Assembly (NCBI GenBank): GCA_964016885.1
Contig: OZ024743.1
Coordinates: forward strand, 194,060,001 to 194,124,000
Direction of reading: 5' to 3'
Length of the DNA: 64,000 nucleotides
Origin: Eledone cirrhosa
Taxonomy: Eukaryota
A program made the position numbers and the translations under genes. Position 1 is the first letter of the stretch. Each line of letters begins with the position of its first letter. The notes under the pieces are model-generated. The model was not told the origin of the DNA. It ran no database searches and saw only the letters and a program-made list of their open reading frames with translations. Positions 56,656-64,000 of the stretch are shown here, piece by piece.

Positions 56656-56914
56656 AAAAAAATTGAATAATAATAGAAAGAAAAAGACACATTTGTACAT
56701 CACGTCATTAAGATATAACTTAATTTGACATTTTGTCTATAGTTATAGAAATTATAGTTTAGCATCAGAAGTTTGTCCACTATTGCTGATATATATAAAT
56801 AACCAGCGATGTAAAGCATTGACAGATATGTTTTATTCAATAGGGTTTATTTAATAAACTATCGACCCCCTCACACCTTCCAAAATATAACTAGAACCCT
56901 CACCCACCCCCAAT

Positions 56915-57270
56915 CTACTAGGCCTTACGGTTACTAAGGATTTCCTATGGCGAAATACCATCATTAACATACATAGGACAGCTTCTGAAAGACTGGCCCT
57001 TCTATTAAAGCCTAGCAAAATTCAGCTCTTAACAACAATTGATCCCTTAAAATGTTGAACTAAGGCTCCCAATGAAATACTTCACTAAAATATGGGAGGA
57101 CGAGACCGTTGCATACACAGGCATCCTAAGAAGCATTCTGAGCAAAGCTACTCGGTTAATGGACATGCTTCAGCCTCTGGCTGCCATCTACTCTATTTCT
57201 TCTCACTGCCTTTTCTACCATAACCACAATGGCTTATGCTCCTCGGAACAAGCTGGATTCATGCTGTCTC
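56915..57270 (+). mobile_element. Old CR1-group LINE RT C-terminal fragment
   Basis: LLGLTVTKDFLW..I..I.RTAS.RL.LL; PMKY..KIW; LQPL....S.CLFY...NGLCSSE. Confidence 0.65.
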
Positions 57271-59073
57271 TACTTACTCGTTTCTTCTCCTTTCATCATA
57301 TATGTAGTATGCAACTACTAGATTTCACACTAGCTACTACACCCAACCCAGTACTTCAAGTTAGGAACGTCAGCACGTAAGTCTTTCCTATGGGGCCACT
57401 TTGTATCAGTTTAAGCAGAATATAAAGTTCTCATTATCGGTTTCAGAGGACCTGCAAAGGCTACGAGTACTGACACTTCCTCGAAAATTAATACGTGAAA
57501 AATAAAGCAATGGATTGCGATTTCTAAGAAAGTGCAAAGGTTAGTATGTTGGTGGATAAACCAAATTCAATATTGCTTTCTTATTATGTTTGTAAATATA
57601 TGTTTAATTTTATTTGAATGTTCATCTGTATGTAAGACCCTGCATATCACAGTGTAGGCAGTTTTAAGTATATTTTAGAAGTGAATTGGTATCGGTTCTC
57701 TTAACTATATCTATTAACTATGGTAGTATTATCGAAGGGAAATCTAATAACTGAAGGCTAAATGTTCACTGTGACAATGAAATACATGGTTGCTTTCGAC
57801 TGAACCAGAGGCGGTACATATTTTTGCTTCTGTTTGACGTTGCTGTCAGCTCCAGTAAATAAATTTCAACTTGACGGCTGTATAATTATAGTCTTTATAG
57901 TAATATGGTTCTTGTAGAACATTATACCAAAATAGTATATATTTCTAGTGAATTTACAGCAGCGCAATTTTATGTATAGCTTAAGAAAATCGAAAACACT
58001 GTATGTTGGTAGGTGAGGTCTGCTGTATATTCGGTGTTATTTAGAAAAGGTAGCGCTGCTCAAGCGAAAGGAGTCATTTCAGGGCTTTTCAGATAAGAGG
58101 CCAACACTATCCACTGTTTAATATATGTATAAAGCTATACATCCTGATGGAGTCGTATGGGCGCCGTCGTAACATCAGGCGTGCCTTAGGCACTTTAAAT
58201 TTTACGAAGCACATGTCTTCTCCAGGTCTAAAAACAGCTCATTTCTTACAGAGAAGGTAAAAAAAGACAATCAGAGAAAGAAGATGATAACAAGATATTG
58301 AATACGTTTTATTGACCTCGAAGGGATTTGAACCTAAAGAACAGAGAGCCGGAACCGATATCACAAAGCATTCTATCTGACGTTCTAACGATTCGGCCAT
58401 TTCCTAGCCTCCACTCGTTAATACTAATTTATTTATCGACCAATAGTATGTATATTTTCCCATTTAGAGGTTGTATGATCACAAAACACTTTTATCTGTT
58501 ATTTCATATTTCGTTAGAAAAAGTATCAATCAAATATTGTGGAACATATTCCACTCACAAAATATGTGGTCTTGTACCTCTCTTAAATGGCGTGGTGTGT
58601 ATGTGTGTGTGTGCGCGCGTGTGTGTGGCAAAATATTGGTTAGAATATTGAACGAGAAAGACACCCATAGAGATATTTGTTCTGCTGCGAATTACAGAGA
58701 CTCCCTTGTCATATTTGCCGTTATATATATTGCAAACTATTACCAGTAAAACTATTGTTCCTTTATCAATCTATCTATCCACCTATGTATGTATGCATGT
58801 ATGTATGTATGTATGTATGTATGTATGTATGTATGTATGTATGTATGTATGTATGTATGTATGTATGTATGTATGCATGCATGCATGCATGCATGTATGT
58901 ATGTATGTATGCATGCATGCATGCATGCATGTATGTATGTATGTATGTATCTACGTATTTATGTATGTATGCATATATGTATATATGTATGCATCTATGT
59001 ATGTATATATATTTATGTATGTATGCATATATGTATATATGTATGCATCTATGTATATATGTATGCATCTATG

Positions 59074-59130
<57 letters not shown>

Positions 59131-60825
59131 CAAAGGAATTGTGGTAAGGAACCAGATGGACCATAACGCACCAGAGTACTCAATACTTAGGGTAGTAGAG
59201 TGGAAAATAGGAAAAAGTACGACTCCAACGGCAGAGCCCAAGCCGTTTCGACGGCTATTTCTGGACTAAATTAGAATTTTTAGCCTGGTGAATAAATAGT
59301 CGATCTTGTCAAGGGGGTACTTCCTTATATGGGAAGATTGTAGTTGTCAAGATGATTGGTTAAAATTTGTTGTAAACACAAATAAGTCTATCATGGCATT
59401 TGGTGGGAGGTAGGGGTGGCTGAACATGCCTGTACAACAATCGGGGAGTGAGTGGAGCGGTCAAGCGTTGAAAGTGATATGTATACAGCAGATTCTAAGG
59501 ATAGTGTATGAAGTGGAGGAGGGAGGTTATAGTATAGGTAAATCGAATGAGAGTAGGAGACAATAAAAGATAATAGAAAAAAGAAAAAAATACATAGTGA
59601 GAAATGAATAAAAAAAATCACAATGCTATCTTACAATTACAGGTTAATAAGTTGAGAATAGAAAGAAACTTGTAGAAATTGAGTAGTACCAGAACTGATA
59701 CAAAATTAAAGGGGTTTAACAGTGACTTCAAAACCCGGCTCTACCAACACCGACATACTTTCCGAAACCCGGTCCGGCGACATGCCACTACACTTTCGGG
59801 CCACATCTGGGACCTCCAAGATAATAATATAACCTACAATCTCACTTGGAGCTTACTGTCCAGAGCTAACTCTTACACGGGAGGACGCCGTCCGTGTAAC
59901 TTATGCTCGGAGGAAACATTACAAATGTTGTTTTCGTAGGACCAACTCCTAAACAAGAAAGACGAACTGGTAACCGCATGCAAACACAGATTGCCTAGGA
60001 CTTACCTCGCCCTCAAACCCCATAATGACCCGGGTGGGTAGACAAGGGCTGATACCCCCCACTTGCCGAATAAGTTAGGGGAAACCCCAGCTTACTTAGG
60101 TAGATGTATCTCTTTTCTTTTCTTTTCCTCTTTGTCTTCTTCCCCCTGTCTCATCCTATCACTTCCTTCCACCCCCTATTTTCTTCCTCGTCTGCTTTCC
60201 CCTCTCGCCTACACCGATGCAGCCCATCGGGCCTCTGAGCATCAGTTCCCCCACCCCTATAATTTTAAGATAGAATTGGCCGAATACGTTTTACTAACTA
60301 CTTATAGCAGACGTGTTAAACCCCTTTAATTTTGTATCAGTTCTGGTACTACTCAATTTCTACAAATGTTTTCTATTCTCGACTTATTAACCTGTAATTG
60401 TAAGATAGCATTGTGATTTTTTTTATTCATTTCTCACTATATAATTTTTTGTTTGTTCTATTATCTTTTATTGTCTCCTACTCTCATTCGATTTACCTAT
60501 TCTATAACCTCCCTCCTCCACTTCATACACTATCCTTAGAATCTGCTGTATATATATCACTTTCAACGCTTGACCGCTCCACTCACACCCCTATTGTTCT
60601 ACAGGCAAGTTCAGCCACCCCTACCTCCCACCAAATGCCATGATAGACTTATTTGTGTTTACAACAAATGTTAACCAATCCTCTTGACAACTACAATCTT
60701 CCCATATAAGGAAGTAGCCCCTTGACAAGTTTGGCTATTTATTCACCAGGCTAAAAATTCTAATTTAGTCCAGAAATAGCCGTCGAAACGGCTTGAGCTC
60801 TGCCGTCGGGGGTCATACTTTTTCC

Positions 60826-60828
<3 letters not shown>
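59131..60828 (+). mobile_element. Truncated Penelope-like element with ~515 bp inverted pLTR arms around a GIY-YIG remnant
   Basis: Arms 59207-59721 / 60314-60828; spacer FKTRLYQHRHTF..TTLSGHIWDL..N.TYNLTWSLL..Y.GGRRPCNLC..E...LLNKKDELVTACKHR. Confidence 0.9.
60716..60799 (+). ncRNA. Candidate U3-A8 hammerhead with long stem II (mirror 59235-59317 on minus)
   Basis: agcccc-TTGACAA-g..ggctattt...aaatagcc.tc-GAAA-cggc-TT-g(a/g)gct; stem III and stem I imperfect. Confidence 0.5.
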
Positions 60829-60894
<66 letters not shown>

Positions 60895-61699
60895 ATTATT
60901 ATTAATTAGATATCACAAAGTGAATGTTTCATTGTTCGGTGTTCGGCAGGTTCTTTCATTGAACTGACTTTATTTTGAAGTGGGATTTCTAATATATAGT
61001 ACAAATAAAGTTTACGAGGAGAGAATACATATTGGGAATGCAAATATTTGGCTATTGCAGCTGGCTGAAAAACATTTACACTCCACTCTTCGTTGATGTT
61101 ACCTCTATTGCAATTTCATTATACCTTGTTGATGGCGTCGCGGCCATTTCATTTTATTTCAATCTTGAGATGTAAAGGAAAGGAAAAGTGCAACTTGTTT
61201 AAAAGAAGAAAGAAAATGCATCAAATTAGTTAGTCAGATTAATGTTATTGTTAGGTGGTATGGTGAGAATGTCAGAAATAGGATTTACTTCCGATTGGTA
61301 CACATACATTCAATATCATGTAGATCAACAAACCGACTTCAGTAATTCTTTTTTATAACATTAAGTAGCTTCGGGAGATAGTAATATTATTATTGAATGT
61401 ATGTCGAAGAACTTCAGAAAATGCATACCAATAATATGATAACTGCTCAGACTTGAGGCTAATTTTTCTAGGCATGAACGAATTATCTTGTATGAATGAA
61501 TTATTTTACATTAGTATAATACTAGTATGGATTTTATTGGTTTGGAAGGGTGAAAAATACTGCCGAAGTGTGCTAAATTTCAATGAAGACTTATGCGGTG
61601 CACCATTAGATACTTGAATGCGAGTAGACAAGTTCCATATCATCGTATTATGATGACAAAAATAATTTATAATTTTAGCATAAGTCCAGAGCAGGACTT

Positions 61700-62155
61700 A
61701 ATAGGGCAAAAGATGAAAGACAAAACTAACCTTGGCGGGATTCGAACTCTGAACGTAAAGGACCGTAACTCTATGCCGAAAAGCATGTTGTCCGATGCTC
61801 TACCGATACTGCGAATCCACCGCCCTTACATAATGGTTTCTGATTTAGGCACAAAGCCACCAATTTTGGGGGCGGGGAAAGTTGATTAAATCGACCTCAG
61901 TGTGTACTTTATTTTATCGACCTTGTAGGATGAACGGTAAACCTCGGCAGGATTTGAACTCAGAACATAAAGAATCGTAACTCTATGTCACAAAGAATGT
62001 TGTCCAGTGCATTACTGGTACTTTATTTTATCGACCTCGTAAGGATGAAAAGTAAAGTCAACCTTGGCGGTATTTGAACTCAGACCCTAACGGGCCGTAA
62101 CATTATGCTGCAAAGCATGGCGTCCGTCCCTCTACTGATACTGCCAATCGACTGC
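61700..62155 (-). mobile_element. Three SINE copies head-to-tail
   Basis: Same consensus as 750-1365. Confidence 0.85.
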
Positions 62156-62334
62156 CGAAGAGATGATAATAATAATGACACGAAAGAATAGTTGCTTAAA
62201 TTGTCTCCAGTGTTTATCGAATCCAGAAGAAAGAGAGATAAAGAGAGTTTCGCGAGGAGGGATATAGAGACAGAACGTAATGAAATACTCCAGGTCACAT
62301 TGACAGGCACTCTACCGATGTAACCATCAACATC

Positions 62335-64000
62335 TCTATATATATAAAACGGTAGATGTCTGTCTGTGTGTGTGTGTGTATGATTTTTATGCATTTCCAC
62401 ATTTCTCTACTGATTTTGATGAATTTTTTTCCAATGTGCTCCAACTTTACCAGGACAGGTCAACGCGTAATTATTTTTGCCAAAAATGTCCTGCTTCTAT
62501 GAAAAAAAATCGATAAAACTAAATACATACTGTAACCCTCTCTCTTACAAGCTTCATTCCTCTCACTACTACCATCAAAATATATGAAACTACATAAATG
62601 TTGCAACTCTCTTTAAAAGGTTCATCTTTTCCTCTACTCCACTCTCAATCTCCTCTGTAACTCTCTTTAAAAAGTTCATCACTCTCTCTACTCCCGCCTC
62701 AATCTCCTCTGCAACTCTCTTTAAAATGTTACTGCCTCCGTCTACTACTCTTTACAGTTTAGAACAACGACAAAGCTTCTTTTGAAGGAACGCGACACAA
62801 ACTTTGAAACCTAAGCAACAAACAGCCATAACGACACTCATAAATCAAATATCAAAATTTAAAAAGCCGATAACACTAAATAAATACTGCTCGCTCAACG
62901 TTACATTTTACACACTTACATTTTACATCAAATAACAAATATTCAAAATCAACAGATGAATTTATAAAACAACAAACGTAACAATAACGACGCTTAAGCA
63001 TTTATTTACATGATTCTCAACAAAGACACTATATTTTATTGTTGTCCTTTTTGTAATTTTCTTTCTTTGTTTTTCTCAATATGAGACAAAAAATTGAGAA
63101 AACTTTTATCACGGGATTCTATTCAAAGTCGGGACAATTATTGCTTTTGGTCAGGAGAAGGTCATGAAGCAAACAATTTTCAAATCAATCAACAATAAGG
63201 GCAAAAACCGATCACGATCATTCCCCCTCTCTATTATTTAACTGCTTTACTCTATCTGTTGCTCTTCACTCCCTATATGACAACACTGCAGAGAGAGAAA
63301 CAATGTATATGATCAAATGGAGCGTTCCGTATATTCCCCCTCTCTATAATTTAACTGCTTTACTCTCTCTGTCGCTCTTCACTCCCTATATGACAACACT
63401 GCATAGAGAGAAACAATGTATATGATCAAATGGAGCGTTCCGTATATTCCCCCTCTCTATAATTTAACTGCTTTACTCTCTCTGTCGCTCTTCACTCCAT
63501 ATATGACAACACTGCAGAGAGAGAAACAATGTATATGATCAAATGGAGCATTCCGTATATTCCCCCTCTCTATAATTTAACTGCTTTACTCTCTCTGTCG
63601 CTCTTCACTCCCTATATGACAACACTGCAGAGAGAGAAACAATGTATATGATCAAATGGAGCATTCCGTATATTCCCCCTCTCTATAATTTAACTGCTTT
63701 ACTCTCTCTGTCGCTCTTCACTCACTGTATGACAACAGTGCAGTGGAGCGTTCCGTATTGGCATACGGCTTATCTGGAGCATTTTCAATCGGCTTATTTC
63801 AAATAACAACCCGCAAAATAACACTTCATATAACATATTAATGCTATAGACATATGAATCGGAATGTAACCCGTGAACTTTTTCCTGGGCAAAATTATTC
63901 GAACAGACATGACGTCATTACCAGAGTGTTCAGACTGAAACTGGCTAATCTCCCATGGCCAACTTTATGTTGCCTGTTCCCGCGTAGGGAGCAGGAATGG
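62335..64000 (+). mobile_element. Internally deleted Helitron (runs off window)
   Basis: 5' tctatatatataaaa..gtctgtctgt; 63870-64000 ELFPGQNYSNRHDVITRVFRLKL (Rep) fused to SHGQLYVACSRVG (helicase motif VI). Confidence 0.82.
63221..63742. repeat. 113 bp tandem repeat, ~4.6 copies, inside Helitron
   Basis: ttccccctctctat recurs at 63221, 63334, 63447, 63560, 63673. Confidence 0.95.

Noticed and set aside
63221-63742. CRISPR-like array (also 34436-34560)
   Set aside because: Pure tandem repeats without unique spacers, eukaryotic context, no cas genes

Overview
AT-rich, repeat-dominated eukaryotic (metazoan) DNA with no confidently identifiable intact host gene. The tRNA-head SINEs and dense (TA)n/(CA)n tracts suggest an octopus/coleoid cephalopod genome (inference). 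Contents: (1) a cluster of non-LTR retrotransposons at (AAT)n microsatellites at ~10-27.3 kb, comprising two Tx1/L1-type elements (APE+RT, minus strand) and three R4/Dong-type pieces (RT+RLE, plus strand); (2) Penelope-like elements (PLE; RT+GIY-YIG) and many solo or fold-back pLTR derivatives in (TA)n tracts; (3) three Helitron derivatives; (4) about 15 SINE copies, often as head-to-tail trimers; (5) RTE and CR1-group LINE relics; (6) a ~1.5 kb-arm inverted duplication; (7) a candidate CCAAT/E2F/CHR promoter. The most striking signal, found by manual base-pairing, is a set of more than a dozen type I hammerhead ribozyme motifs from several unrelated repeat families. Many have non-canonical cores (U3-A8 swap, U4C, extra or mismatched base at the foot of stem II) and very long stem II domains (up to ~90 nt). 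Several occur as mirror-image pairs in small palindromic elements. Most ORFs in the supplied track are microsatellite artefacts. Coordinates of repeat boundaries are by-eye estimates.
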